A stretch of 62,776 nucleotides of DNA, the filler included, from Sphacelaria rigidula (Eukaryota), in assembly GCA_964200075.2 (NCBI GenBank). It is 10 parts of 10 records of this genome, joined end to end, with 100 filler letters (N's around TTAATTAATTAA, not from the genome) between each part and the next. Parts side by side here need not be neighbours in the genome. Positions count along the whole stretch, not along the records: positions 31,441 to 37,628 come from CAXNAA020021643.1; positions 37,729 to 43,915 come from CAXNAA020021644.1; positions 44,016 to 50,202 come from CAXNAA020021645.1; 7 more parts are not named here. One strand, written 5' to 3'. The position numbers and the translations under genes were made by a program. The notes beneath the pieces are model-generated. The model searched no databases, was not told the DNA's origin, and was given only the letters and a program-made list of their open reading frames with translations. Below are positions 32,412 to 45,387 of this stretch, piece by piece. The first letter of the stretch is position 1. Each line of letters begins with the position of its first letter.

Positions 32412-35400
32412 AGTCCTTATGCGAGCCTTACACGCTTTCTGTAGTAGCTTGCAACTGAAGCCTCTGATATCCCTGAGTAGGATATCTGTAAGGACACGAC
32501 ATTCTTACCGGCAAAGAAAAACGCGCGCATAAAAAAGTAGTCAAGGTGAAGCGAATCATGAAACTCACCCTCACTCGAATGCTAGATATATAGTCTGGCG
32601 AAAATGTTGTTGGTTGTGGTCCATGTTTGCAATGCGGGAGCGTGTCGGGTGTCATTGCGCATCAGAAAAACAGACGTCATCTCAAAACTCACAAAAGTTG
32701 TCGCGGAGCGCAGAGGATTTGGATCTGCACGATATCGGTCGCTCCAAAGTTTTTTTTTTTTCGCGGTTGCATGTGTGTAGTGCGTTGACCCAGTTCGCTT
32801 GATTGACTCGTGAGGATTTTATTCTGTTCGTCTTAACCGCTGTTCCCTTTTTTGAGAGGATATGGGGGTAGATACGCAAGGAGCCAGAATAACTAGGGTA
32901 TCTACATCCCCGTCTCTGAAGGGTCGGTTTGATTGAGGTACAGTCAGCGTTGGCGTTCTTAGTTATTACGAACAGATGGTAGTTTTCTAACAAGAAAAAT
33001 AAGTCATGATAATACATCAGTCGAAGCGTGACAATCAACCAATCATCAATCAGAATCAATCAATCGATGCATCAAGTGAAGCAGGTTTCACAGTTCAGTA
33101 TTGCCGGTGAATGAGGGCCGATTTTGGGTACTATATTCCGGGAAAGTGGCCCTCGACTGCTGTCTGCAGAAGCAATGAAGCCTATACGAGCCAATCAGTA
33201 TCAGTCACAAGTACACACGTCACCTCGAAATGACGACCACGCTCATACAAAATGTACTGCTAAAGGATATTCTACAACAAAGCTTTGACTGACGTTGCAG
33301 TACGTCTATACACAGGGTTACAACAAGAGGAGGATGGACGCTGCTGCTGATGTTGTTGTGCCGCTCTTGTTGCAGTATGTTGTTGTGCCAATCTTTCAAC
33401 GCGGGTTTCTCGGCAAACAAGCAGAGGGTTGCACTGCGGTTTGTTGCATGCGCGTCCCACAAACGCTGCACGCAACAACAATGTTTCAAAGTGTACCAAG
33501 TTTGACCAAAACAAAAAATGGACATTTTTTTCTCCTGTTTTCTGGGCTTTTTGGGTCTGCTGTGACATCAGGAAAGTTGTTGCATCGTTTCCTACGTCTC
33601 ATGTGTGTGCGGGGTGCTGTAAAGCGCCACAGGCCGGCTTGCTTCCTGTGCCGAGAAACCCGCGATGAAAATACTGCAGTTACGTTGTACTACGACCACA
33701 TTATTAGGGGGACGAAGCGGGTGTCGTACTCCAAACATCTCAACAGCTTGGGACAGCTGATGACGTGTCCGTTATTCCTCCGCGTTATTCATTTTATTAG
33801 CCTGGTCGCACATTTTCGGTCGTTCAGGCCCTCACTTATCGGCATAACAGTACAGTACAGGCACCAGGTGAATATCTCGAAGAACTGTACAGTCAACCAT
33901 GCAGCACATGCACGCACAGGGAGATCAGCATTATGACAAAAAAAAGTCATTACAAGAAGACTACTGCGTACAGTATGGAATATATTGTCTACTACAGTAG
34001 ACGCAGTAGTCGATACTGTACGCAGTACACGTTTTCACAATGTAATCTATTGTCATTATCCAGGGTGTGCAACAAACCGTCATTATCTAGAGCGTGCAAC
34101 ACACCAAACGCAATGCGCCTCGTGAAAGCTAACACACCAAGATACACGAGGCATGGGCGTCACGCACACACCATACACAAGGACCACGCCCGTACACTAC
34201 TCCAGTGCACAATTCTGAAAAAACCGGGAGTAGCGACTCAAATCGCGAGAACCCGTTAACCATGGCATAGTCGTGTCTTTGGGTTCTATGTAATACCAAC
34301 GCGAACGTTTGCGGTTTTGTGCTCTATGCGTGAATAACGCTCCTGTGGAAGTTTTCAAAGTTTTGTTTTGTAGGGTATACCGACTGGAATTCGGCTATTT
34401 ACATCAGTATAAAATAGACACTTTATCGGTAAACCCCCTTCCGAACCGCACCATACTCGATTATTCGGAACAAGGCTCGATACCCTGCCGGCCCATACCG
34501 GGATGTTTGATGCACAGTTCCTTATGGTTTTGTATGCTAACCAAGAACCCCTCATTTCCAAGTTTACCCTGCAGAAAATAAAAACTTGTACGTTGAACTC
34601 TACAATCCCCAAGCTTTGGCAGTCAGCAAGGGTTGGATCATACTACTTCATGTTACACGCAAGCGCAGATGGAACACCTGAGAGAGTGTGGCCGTCTTCT
34701 TTTTTTTTGCGAACATCCCGATTCAGCATATAGATGCGTCCCACCTGCACGGTTAGAATGCCAAGACTTGGATGAAACACGCACAATTTTCGCACGACAG
34801 TCAAAAGCACGGTATATGTGAGGTGGCAGCGAAGCCCGCCCCTGAAAAATACAGCAAGAAGCAATACGTGACGCACACTTTCCCCTCTCCAACTTTCGCG
34901 CATGAGACGCAGAAGCACGGTATACGTGAGAATAGCAGCGAAGCCCGCCCCTTGAAACTACGCCAAGAAGCGTTTCATGTTATGCCGATGCGTTACTTTG
35001 ACAGTTTTTGCCTGCGTTCTCTCCCGTGGATTCACAGATCCAGCAAATGAAACCGAAAGCAGCGGGAAAGTAATTCATGTGGCAACCTTGAGGATGCCCT
35101 AACAGCGTCCACCTTTTACTGGAGCGTCAGCAAACCCCTCTCACAGCATGCACATAAACTATATGATGAAACAGTTGATTTTCGCTGCGGAATGAAACAG
35201 GGGGAGCAGAATAGTAGCGACAGTGTAGGGAGTTGCCGGTGATTTGATCGCACATAGTCCGCACTTAGGATTCGAGTGTCTAGGAGCAATGAGCTTCCGA
35301 GTTTGTGCAAGGACGAAATAAATCCCCTCTACACTAGCTCTGCACTGCTGTTGCGCTTCGTGACGTCGACCATGTCGGAGGGAAAAATAGACTCTGTCCG

Positions 35401-35588
35401 GATTTTTTTGTTCTTCTTCATTTGTTGTACTTTCTTGACCTCCAATCAAGACTCCCTCTTTCTCATCCTGTTTACAATACGTTAAAGTGGCTTTGGTGTG
35501 GATTTTTGCTTCTATTGAACGATTTTTTTTCGATAACGAGCATCACAAGTAACCCCCAACCCTCCCTTCGTCCTTTGGTCTTCACAAG

Positions 35589-37600
35589 GGCGCGGACACT
35601 GATCAGCCACCACCATCATTGGCTCGAGGTGCCGCAACAGCTACCTTCTCCTCCACCACCGCCGGAGCCGGAGCCGTCGCCGCTGAGAAGAAGCAAGTCC
35701 GTATCCAGCCGTCGACCGCGCCACGACCGGCGCCTTCTGGACCACCGCCACCGCCACCGCCCGCGCCAGCGCGACCAAGATCGATTACGCCGGCGGCCAA
35801 GTCGGGGGCGGCCGCATCAGCCGCGTCATCGGCAGCGGCGGCGGCGATGGCGGCGGCGACCGCAGCGGCGGCGGCGGCGGAAAGAGCGGCGTCCGCGAGA
35901 GGCGAGACTGCGGCAGACGGGATGGAGGGCGTAGGGGACAGCGGAGGAGGCGGAGGAGGCAATGGCGGGAGGGGCTCGCTCCCAGTGTTGGGCGCGATTG
36001 GCAAGGGTAGCAAGGACATTTCTTCGTGGAAGACGAGCGGATCGATGGGGGGCAGCGGGTGAGATGTGATGAAGAGGGTTGAGCTCTGGGAGGAACGGCA
36101 AAAGGGGCCGACACCATTTTTATTGAGGAATATGTAGATGTAGTTCGGGGGCGTTTTTTTTTCCTTCGTTCATTGTTGGGGGAGGGGAAGGGAAGCGTGG
36201 CATTTACCTCCCCTTTCCTATCTTTCCTACCTTGGATTTTTTGAAAAAAAAATGTGTGGTTCTCCAGAGGGTTGCATTTTGTTGCGAATATTCCTTGATG
36301 CCTGTGTCGGTGGTGGCACGGAGAGAGGGCATCGATCGGTTCTTGGAAAAAAAAGGCAACGTGCGTAGAGGTTGATTCTGTGGCCACTCTTATACTCGTA
36401 TGCATCGACGAAATATTCTCAATATGCGGTTCTTTTAGCCGCTTGAAGCATCGAAGTTGACAATATACAAGATACTCCCGGGGCTCAACAGTTCGCACAG
36501 TCTATTTTCGTTTCATGTTTCATCCTGCGGTTGTTGTTTGATGGGGGGCGGCGTTGGGCAAACCTTCGCAGGTCAATCGAAGGGTACTACGAGCCGGTCG
36601 TCGTACCGCTGTCGGCAGTAGCTTGGTCGCACGAGCCCGTGCTGAGACTTGGCGAGTGTGGGCTGCCAGCGGTGCGCAAGTGGTCTCTCGCTGACATCGG
36701 AAAAATGGTGTGTATGTCATACTCCAGTGTCGGTCATTTTCCAGTGTGTATGTCATGTTCCTGTGTGTGGTTACTTTTGCGTTGCTATGTTTCGCGTTGT
36801 GTCAAGTATTGTGTCATGTTGATTGTGTGATAGTGTTACCTTGTGCCTACCCTGGTTTATGCCTCATAGAACTCAAAACTTAATTGGTGTCGTTTGCAGA
36901 TTAAGCGATGATGATGATGATGAATATGATGGTGGTGGTGGTGACGATCACGTCGACGTCGACGTCGCTGGTGTTGCTGTCGCTACTCGTTCTACGCGCA
37001 CAGATCGACGAGGACCTGGAACAGGCGCTGCGAGCGCAGACGGACGGTAGCTCCGGCGCGGGCCTCGGACATGGATCATACTCTCTCAAGGCCGGGGCGG
37101 GGCTTGCCGCGGCGGCCGGAGCGGGCGATGGTGTTGAGTTGGATCGTGACAGCGAAAAATTGCTCGAGGTATATGTTTGCGTTATTTCATTGTCTTGATA
37201 ATACCTTTTGAAAATGCCTTTCTCGGTTGACCCAATGTTTTGCTTCGATGTGCCGAGATATAAGTGTGACAGAAAGCTGGACAAGAACGTCACAAAAGTG
37301 TACAGTAGGGCATATGTTGACAGTGATAGTGCACGGCATTGAAGGGTACACGATTACGTAGGTCATTGTGCTTTCTTTGGATACTACCGTGCACGAAAAA
37401 GCCCACGAAATGAAGAACCGAGGCCCCCGCCCCCACCCCCACCCCCAAATGTTGGTTCATATGGGTTCATATGGGTACGCATACTCTGTATGGGCATATA
37501 TTTTTGTTTTACAGGCTGGGCCGCCCAAGAAGCACACTTTCCTTCAGCCCGTTCTAGTTGACGATGTATCGAGAGTTGTGCCCACTATAACACATGGTGG
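35589..37600 (+). CDS. Internal exons of an unknown Pro/Ala/Gly-rich protein: 35589-36058, 36572-36671, 37004-37168, 37515-~37565/37599
   Basis: GC-rich open exons with AG/GT sites and consistent phases (2, 0, 0); no recognisable domain. Confidence 0.7.
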
Positions 37601-37628
37601 TAATCGGCAAATCAGCGTGCGTCTTCCA

Positions 37629-37728
37629 NNNNNNNNNNNNNNNNNNNNNNNNNNNNNNNNNNNNNNNNNNNNTTAATTAATTAANNNNNNNNNNNNNNNN
37701 NNNNNNNNNNNNNNNNNNNNNNNNNNNN
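37629..37728. other. Artificial contig spacer
   Basis: 44N-TTAATTAATTAA-44N. Confidence 0.98.
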
Positions 37729-38649
37729 GTGCAGCCGCGGCACGATACACTACGAACTGCACAGCAAAAATATGAGGCGTAATAATCAGGCGGTCGACAA
37801 CCACACCACCGTCTGTGTTATGACGCAACTATGTACCTCTTATGCACTCCCGGTCTCTTCCGCCGTAGAGTAGGCGTTTTGAGTTGTGACAAAGGAATGA
37901 TTTTGTGATCAAAAAGTGTAGTGTCTACCTCAGTCTACCAGCGGAGGGGTCGCTGTCTAAGGGTTAATACGATGCGACAGAAGTTGGACAAACTTGCAAG
38001 TACAACAACCGGGATGCCCCAGCAGTTGACCTAGTTTGAGTAAGTACACAGCTCGAATCCAACACTGACCGTAAAGCGTACACTGTTGTGCTGGCTTTCA
38101 AATACGAATATAAGGCTGGATAAAAGAATGTGGACTTCAAGCACGTACGAGCTGGGCCGGCTGTCAAAGGTAGGACCCGTGGGCACACTACGATTTTTTC
38201 AGTTTCCGAATCAACCTGATTGAAGCATATCGCAATGAGCTGCGTCGCTACGTGATAAACATACAGCTCCGCCGCTGCTTGATTAGCGCAATTTTGGCGA
38301 TGACGTGATTGTACTGCATTGAGTACCGGGTGCGTCTCATATCGTGTCGTGATAGCGTATTCTGAGCTTTTCTTTTTCATGAAGTGCAGCGGAATTACCG
38401 ATGACAACTTCGACACACACAGTAAAGAGTGCACGGGCAATGCTGCGAAATGGCATCAAGCTCGTCAGCAGCCCCATCAGAGGAGGGCACCTCCGGGCCG
38501 ATTGTCACATATAACGAGCACAGGCAAACGCATCCAACTCGGACTGGGCTAAAATGATTTTCCTCGATTCAATTCCCGATGGTGATCTTTATTGTTAACA
38601 GTTGGGAAAAATAAACAAATCAGCGAGATCATGGGGGGAAAATGATCGT

Positions 38650-38716
38650 GAGGGGATTCGAACTCGTGGTCTGTGTGCAATCGGAAGCTCCTCCCTCAGT
38701 TGAACCACCGGGGTGC
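38650..38716 (-). pseudogene. tRNA-like Pol III cassette inside a larger dispersed repeat
   Basis: Minus strand CCCCGGTGGTTCAACTGAGG...GAGTTCGAATCCCC; homologous to 9732-9800. Confidence 0.6.
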
Positions 38717-40866
38717 CACGGTGCCACACAAAGAGTTCCACGCGGGGCCCAATTTCACGAAAGTTCAGACGAAGCTTACCAGGCATCTGTGCGCAAGTAA
38801 AAATTCGTTTTGCGAGGTACGGTCGTCTTTTGCTTCTCCATGCAGTTATGATATTTTCTAGTTTTTTGCTAGAATTTCGAATCGCCTTAACTTATTTGGT
38901 TTGTTTTCTTCGTATCCTGCACGATGTGTTGCATATGATAAAAATGTGTGAAAATTTCAGCGCCTAACTCTTCGAATTCATCCCCGCGTCATTCATCTTT
39001 CGAAAAAAAGTTTGTTGGCCGGCCCAGCTCGTACACGAATGACGTCATTCATACCCGCCTCAAGTACAACATCAAACTGAGCACCGTGGGTGAAAAACGA
39101 GGCCCAGAGAGAGCTCGGATTCGCCAACAAAGGCCATGTGCGGCGAAATCATCGCGCTTCTCGCGCTGCTTTTAGTGATCCTTCAGACCGCATCTCCTCT
39201 TCTCAAACACCGTGCACAAAGCTGACGGTATCTGTACCCACACGCTGCCACCTAGACAGTTTAACTTGCCCATATACCTATCAACGACAGTGCCGCGTTG
39301 AAATACTCCTTGCCGCGAATTAATAAGCAAAGGTGACGTCGAAAGTGCGACCAGCAGATATCGCACCATCTTCTGAGGTGGGCTATGAATTTCATACGGC
39401 GATCGCGTCTCGGATGGCAGAATGGAGAACGACTTCGCAATAGTAGAAATGCCGGTATCCAGTGTTGATACTTTCGAAGCGACATCTATCGACGTTATGC
39501 GTTATAGTGGATACAACTGACTAGGAGTTATTTGACGTGCCTTCCGACATAATCTACATATCTATTTCCATGTGCTCGTGGTTACATACTTGAATTGACG
39601 TCGTTGATTCCGTCATGTCTAGTTTATACAGGGGGTGGTAACTGAAGTGACGTAACGCGGGCCCAACAGTCTGCCAAAACTCTTTTGACCACCAGGGTGG
39701 ATCATTGGTTGATTGGGCCCCGATGACCCACGCTAACCGTCAAAGGGTTGAATGCCACTGCTCATGCTCGCGTACAGCATACTTTATACGACACAGCTAC
39801 AACAGTGCCAGATAGAGGGCAGGTCGTCTCCCCGCATTCGTCGTGTTTAGGTGCCAACTCGGCTTCTTCTCCTTCCGACATTTCGAATTTCGACGTATAA
39901 CAAACAGTACCGCTCAAAAGCTTCAGTTTTTCAGTCAACACCGACAGACTTCAACAGCAGTACAGTACAGAAGGAACAATTGTAGGCTTTGAGGACAACG
40001 GCAGAAATGCCTCTGATTCGTCTGTATCACCAACAATGAATGTGGAGGTGGACCAACAGACGTACATGTATCGTGTATCGATGCCCTTCCCGTCACCTAT
40101 CGTCACGCTCGTGACTAGCTCCTTCAAAACCGCAAAAAAAATGAACGACCGCGAGCTATCACACCCCCAAAGCACGCCGATTTTGCTTGTATTCTTCAAG
40201 ATTCGAGGCGAGGCTTCCGGAGTTTAGCGGTCACGTTTGTTTTGTCTGTAACGCACCGTAATATTTGCTTCGGGCACTAGCAGTGTCCATGGCTTGTTAC
40301 CTACTGCATTGACCGTCTTTTTCTGCGGGTTAATCAGCGCTTTGATCAAGGGGACGCGTCGATTGTCATCCGTTGAATTGGCATCATTTTTAGGTGAAAA
40401 AAGAAGAAACCAAGATGATCCACGCGAGCAGTGCGAGGGTCAAAACATATACATAAACAGCACAACACCTATTGCCCTGTCAAGTCGGGCCACCCAACGC
40501 GCCTCCTATACTACTGTGGGTGACACCTTACCGCACGTAACTACAACAGTATTGCTCTAGTTCACTCTACGATACCTGAACGCTCCACATCACCCCTGCG
40601 TGGGACTACTTCCCGCAATATTTTTACACGACATGGGCATCTACACCAGTATCGTGCTGGCAAAATTGACACGTTATTTACCACCACCAAAAAATACGCC
40701 CCTGATATGAGTTTTTCGAGTAACCTAACACTCATCACCTGAGGGTGTTCACAACGTTTCACCTGTCCCTACGGTATTCTTGCGTGGCACAACTATTGTG
40801 TGCTGTACCCGGACCGACTGTAAAATCCGAGCGAAAAACACAAAATAAAAAAATATCGCACCGCAC

Positions 40867-41026
40867 CTGCCAGGTCGACTTGCCGCACTTCGCCAGCCCC
40901 CCAGTCGCTTTGGCCGTGCTCATCATTGTCGTCGATGCCATCGATTCGAACCTCATACTTTGTGCCCCCCAGAGGTCGCAGCACCGATGCGCGCGCCCAC
41001 GCCGCCTCCGCATCAGGGACATAAAC
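40867..41026 (-). CDS. Exon resembling a myosin N-terminal SH3-like domain (VYVPDAEAAWARASVLRPLGGTKYEVRIDG...VRQVDL)
   Basis: 160-nt exon bounded by AG/GT; V(W/Y)VPD....W..A.V is the typical myosin N-terminal motif; no motor-domain exons found in the contig. Confidence 0.55.
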
Positions 41027-43165
41027 CTGCGTTGTCGGAGTGTCGGTCGTCTCCTTTCAGTTGTACTACTCGTACTCGTATTGGGTTGAGGGAAAGCCGA
41101 CAACGAGCTGTTGTACTTTGTTTGTCCGCACTACTTGTACTGTTGTAGTCTGTACCCTCGCGTGTGTACGTATGCCCTGACAACAAGGAAAAGAACACAA
41201 AATACAGTCGGGTCAGCGTGATGCACCGTCTGTACTGAGTACAGATAGCGCTGTTGTCACTGTTGTATCGTTAGTGGTGAACAGAATGCATCGGGCTTAT
41301 CGAGTAGGAGAGCACTTGGGAGGGGGAGGAGGGAAGAGGAGGGATTGAGCGTCACGTCTGTCCGCTATGCTGGGTTTTACTTCGGGTGTTTTTGCTACTG
41401 CTACTGCTGCTTGAAATAAAAACATCATACGTGTCCTTGCAGTCAATTGCACATCAACGGTACAATCTCAACATCAAGATCGGTACGCTACGACCGCACT
41501 CTGTCGAGGTATTGCAGCAAGTCATCAAGGTTTGATTCAAGACGGTAGAAGTAAAAAATCTGGATGAGGGGCAACTTAAACCTTCTCTCCAGCCCTGGCC
41601 TTGTGCGCAACGCAAGGCTAGATGAAGCGATAAATTCCACTTCATATCCATGGAGTTGAGCTCCACGATTTTGGATGAAGTCTCCCTCACCTGTGCCTCT
41701 TCAGCAGACATGATCCGTTTGCTTGCGTTCGCTGTTCGCTTTGCTCGCAGCTGCAGGTTGCCGTACGTCGTGAAACCGAGTTTAAAAAGTCAAAAGATTG
41801 ACGGATAAAGAAGACGCAGAGTAGGAAACGGAATTCCCTCCGAAACAAACTAGACTCACTCTCGCAGGTAAAAATCGTGCGCAGCGCCACTAGAGAGAAA
41901 ATATTTTTGGCAATAAGGTCTCCCGTGCGATGCTCCTGGTTATCTCTTGATCTCTCCAAAGCTGTCGCTGTCTGTAGGTGTCGCCGAACGAGGGACGATC
42001 AAAATCGTGGCAAGTGTGGTCGTTTTCCAATGTCATACAATTGATCATACTCTGGTGTGCATGGAGAAGTGGCAAAAGATCCCCCAAGGTATCCTGAAGT
42101 ACCGCTGACAGACGGCTCCCGAAGCACCTCGTACTGATTCTTCAGTATAGTATCTGTCTTGCTGTACAGGTGGACGTAGAAGAGTTGCCACATACCACCA
42201 GAATATTGGCATCAGCTTCTCTAGAGCACCTACAGCTCTCACCCGTGTTTCGGCCGTCGACGATACCGCTGAACATCCCGGGTGTAGTTGACATGAGGGT
42301 CTACTCTAGGAGTAGTGGCGATAGGAGACGAAGGAGGATACCCTGCGCTGCTTCCGCCGTGGCGAGTAACGTACTCATCGTGAGATCGTTGTCGTTGTTG
42401 TTGCTCGCGCGGTGCCAGGCTTTCTCGCCGACATCAATAGCAGGAGCATCGCGGCCTCATGCCGAGCAGGTCCTCAGGTTAAACCAGGTACAGTACTAAA
42501 AATCATGTGTAAACATTTGGACATTTGAAGTAAAGGAAACATTCCTGGCGCTTTACGGTGCAGGAAACTGCGGAGCTTGTGTAGTGCTAGTCGGCGTGTT
42601 TGATGATATGCGCTGCTCACTGTCTGCTCTTATTTCGTAGTAGTGCTGTTGTAACGTTTTCGTCGATCTCTCTCTCTGTCTACTGCCTGTAGAGCCTGTA
42701 TAGACGAGTACTCAGCGCCGGCCCGGTCCGCCTTTACAAACTGGTACGTGCTTCGCCGTTATTGAACCCGGAAATTGGTACGTGCTTCGCTGCTGTGCCG
42801 GAAAACATCGATGTACTGGCCGCTGGCGCGGCCAGGTTAACCCTTTGACCGCGAGCGTAGATCACCTGCTGAATCAGCATCAATATTCACTTGAGAAAAA
42901 ATATGCGTGATCTAGATGAACTACCCACGCCGCGATCAATGGGTTGAACTTGACTGACCAGAGCTGCCAGTTCATAGCTCTACATATCCAGGAGTATTCA
43001 CAAAATAGACGTGTCCATGGTGAAGAAAGCAGGAGCATTTGCCAGGGGGAAGAAAGGGGTAAGGTGGTGAAAGATAGATGAAATAAAGTCACAGCACAAA
43101 CATTCAGGGGGTGACTTACTGCGCACGGGTGATACACCGCGTTCTACTGGGCACACTCGCAACAG

Positions 43166-43440
43166 ACAGGGCTATTTTCACGGTTCGGACGAACAAAATC
43201 GTGATTCGACTCATATTCAACATTTGAACTGATCACTCATACGATTCGCACACAAAGCGTGATTCGTACGTGCTTTGAGCTCGTGATTCGTACGAAACTG
43301 TTTTCATTGTCCACATACCCAGTCCGTGATTCATGTGGTACACCGTCGAAGGAAAATGTTTCACGGTTAGGACAAATCAACTCGTGAGTCAACTCAAAAT
43401 CATCATCTCAATGAATAAACCATGCGGTTCGTACGAGCTG
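43166..43440. repeat. Two ~185-bp-spaced related units rich in CGTGATTCG motifs, probably a transposon subterminal region
   Basis: TTTCACGGTT.GGAC.AA at ~43176 and ~43359; starts CAGGGC. Confidence 0.5.
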
Positions 43441-43470
43441 GGCCAGCTTAGAGGCGGATTTGAAGTTTGC

Positions 43471-43741
43471 AGGCCCATGCTCTTTTATACATTTAGAGTT
43501 GGGCCCTGAAATTTAGTATTGACAGTGCGTAGGGCAGAGAAAAAAAAATTACTGAAGTACCAAAAGTTTTTTTTCTCCATAAGTTAAGGGCATTTTAGTG
43601 ATACACCTGAAAACCGATTACTGCCCTTAACGCATGAAAAAAATAAACTTTTGGTATTTCAGTAATTTTTTTTTTTGCCCTATGCACTGTCCATACCAAA
43701 TTTCAGGGCCCAACTCTAAATGTATAAAAGAGCATGGGCCT
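43471..43741. mobile_element. Fold-back MITE, 271 bp, ~120-bp arms, AGGCCCATG...CATGGGCCT ends
   Basis: Arms 43471-43592 and 43622-43741 are near-perfect reverse complements around a ~30-nt loop. Confidence 0.88.
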
Positions 43742-43915
43742 ATCAAAAACCGGGTCGGTAGAAATTCGGAACAGTATTTCGCAGGCCACTTACCGGCCCA
43801 CGTTTGGTTTTCGTGTATTGAAATTTGGTGTGGGCGCTCTCTAAGGCATAATTAACAAAGTGGGTTAGGTTGATTTTTTTCATTTTTATTCACTGGTTCA
43901 GGGCGTTCTACTATG

Positions 43916-44015
43916 NNNNNNNNNNNNNNNNNNNNNNNNNNNNNNNNNNNNNNNNNNNNTTAATTAATTAANNNNNNNNNNNNNNNNNNNNNNNNNNNNN
44001 NNNNNNNNNNNNNNN
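43916..44015. other. Artificial contig spacer
   Basis: 44N-TTAATTAATTAA-44N. Confidence 0.98.
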
Positions 44016-44079
44016 AACCCCCCAACTCAACCATCAGAAGGTTACGAGGTTACCAACTGAGCCACCGGGGCGACCGGCC
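44016..44079 (-). mobile_element. 5' head of SINE family 2, cut by the contig edge
   Basis: Minus strand CCGGTCGCCCCGGTGGCTCAGTTGGTAACCTCGTAACCTTCTGATGGTTGAG. Confidence 0.85.
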
Positions 44080-44789
44080 ATACACTCTGTACAGTATATT
44101 CAGTCGTCGGCATGTCAAACTTTGTACACATATATTGGCTAGTGCGGACAGACACCTCAACGAAGGGGCGACAGGAAAGTAACATATCTAGAGGCATAAT
44201 CTGCGCTCATTGAGTCAACGCAGTGTACGTAAAAATGCGAGAAGTTAATGGTCGCTTGCCTGGCGTCTCTCCGCCTCTTCCCTCTCCTCGCGCTCCTGCC
44301 GGTACTTGTCCGCCTCCAACGCATCAATCACATACTGGTATTTGGAGTCATTCAGCCCCAACGTGTCGGCCACTACCTGTTGCAGGGACCGTGCGATGGG
44401 CCAGAAACACGGTGCGAGGATGAAAACGAAAGTTGGCTCGTTAACAATACCCTAGGAGAAAGCACATGGGAATCGCATGAATTTTGCTCGAAACGACACC
44501 TGATATGTTGCTAAAAACAATTTCGAAAGCCCCAAGCGCTGCACGCATGTGCCCGCGGACTCACGAGTCTGCCAAGCAGTTTTGAGCGGTGGCAACATCC
44601 CACGTGCTGCGCAAGTGTGGTTCTCGGTTGCAAGCACACAGCGACATGTTGTCGTGACTTTCAGATCATGAATCGGGTGTAGTCGTAAATTTCAGTAGTG
44701 GAAGTATCAAACGTTCGCGTCGTCGCCGCAGACATGATCTCGAGGGTCATGAGCGACAGTCGCTTTTTTTCATTTCCCCTTTCGCTTCA

Positions 44790-44864
44790 GACACACTTGC
44801 AACGCCTTCCCTTCCACGTGACGAGTTCGTTGTCTCAAGGGATCAACCCACCTCTCCCCTCGTA
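44790..44864 (-). mobile_element. 3' tail fragment of SINE family 1
   Basis: GTCTCAAGGGATCAACCCA.CTCTCCCC. Confidence 0.7.
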
Positions 44865-45275
44865 TGGAAACACATTTCACAACATAATGACAACTTTCCG
44901 TCATCCATGTGGATGTACGACATGCTTTTCTCGAAAGTCCGTTTGATGGCATCATCATCGAACAGCACCCCGGTGAGTGTCCTCTCCCAACAATGGCTGA
45001 GCACAGTCGAGAGCGCCGTCTGGAAGGCTAGGCACAAAGCAGGAGCAGTGCTCCACTACAGACATATACGGCGAAGAAGCACATCTATCTGGCACTTCAT
45101 GTGGCGCACACACGCCAGATGCAAGAGGCGGCAAGCAGCGATCACGAGGGCAGTCAACCTCCGTATTCGGACCAACAAGCCGCACTCTTGCTCATCTCCT
45201 GGTCATCATACCAATGCGGACTTGCGGTTGCAAGTCCTCTGCTAGTGCAGCCGTTGTTGCGATTGAATCTTTGAA

Positions 45276-45387
45276 CCCTTTTGGAACCTATTGATTTCTG
45301 TTTTTGTGAATCGGCATCATTTTCGTTTATTTCCAAGTCAAAATGATGCCGATTCACAAAAACAGAAATCAATAGGTTCCAAAATGG
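45276..45387. mobile_element. 112-bp near-perfect hairpin MITE with piggyBac-like ends
   Basis: 48-bp arms with one mismatch and a 16-nt loop; TGAA|CCCTTTTGG ... CCAAAATGG|TTAA. Confidence 0.8.

Noticed and set aside
33295..33936. 213-aa ORF (also 61131-61772 and 61833-62459)
   Set aside because: No domain motifs or splice support; the latter two overlap an intronic repeat or are antisense to a real exon
35422..36498. Overlapping long ORFs in other frames and on the minus strand
   Set aside because: Shadow ORFs of the GC-rich plus-strand exon 35589-36058
41454..42499. Possible decayed transposase on the minus strand
   Set aside because: Fragmented short ORFs with no DDE or other diagnostic motif
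44248..44514. Chromodomain-like ESTWESHEF motif (also FLRW..ATW at ~54056)
   Set aside because: Only a few matching residues and no other Gypsy or chromodomain context
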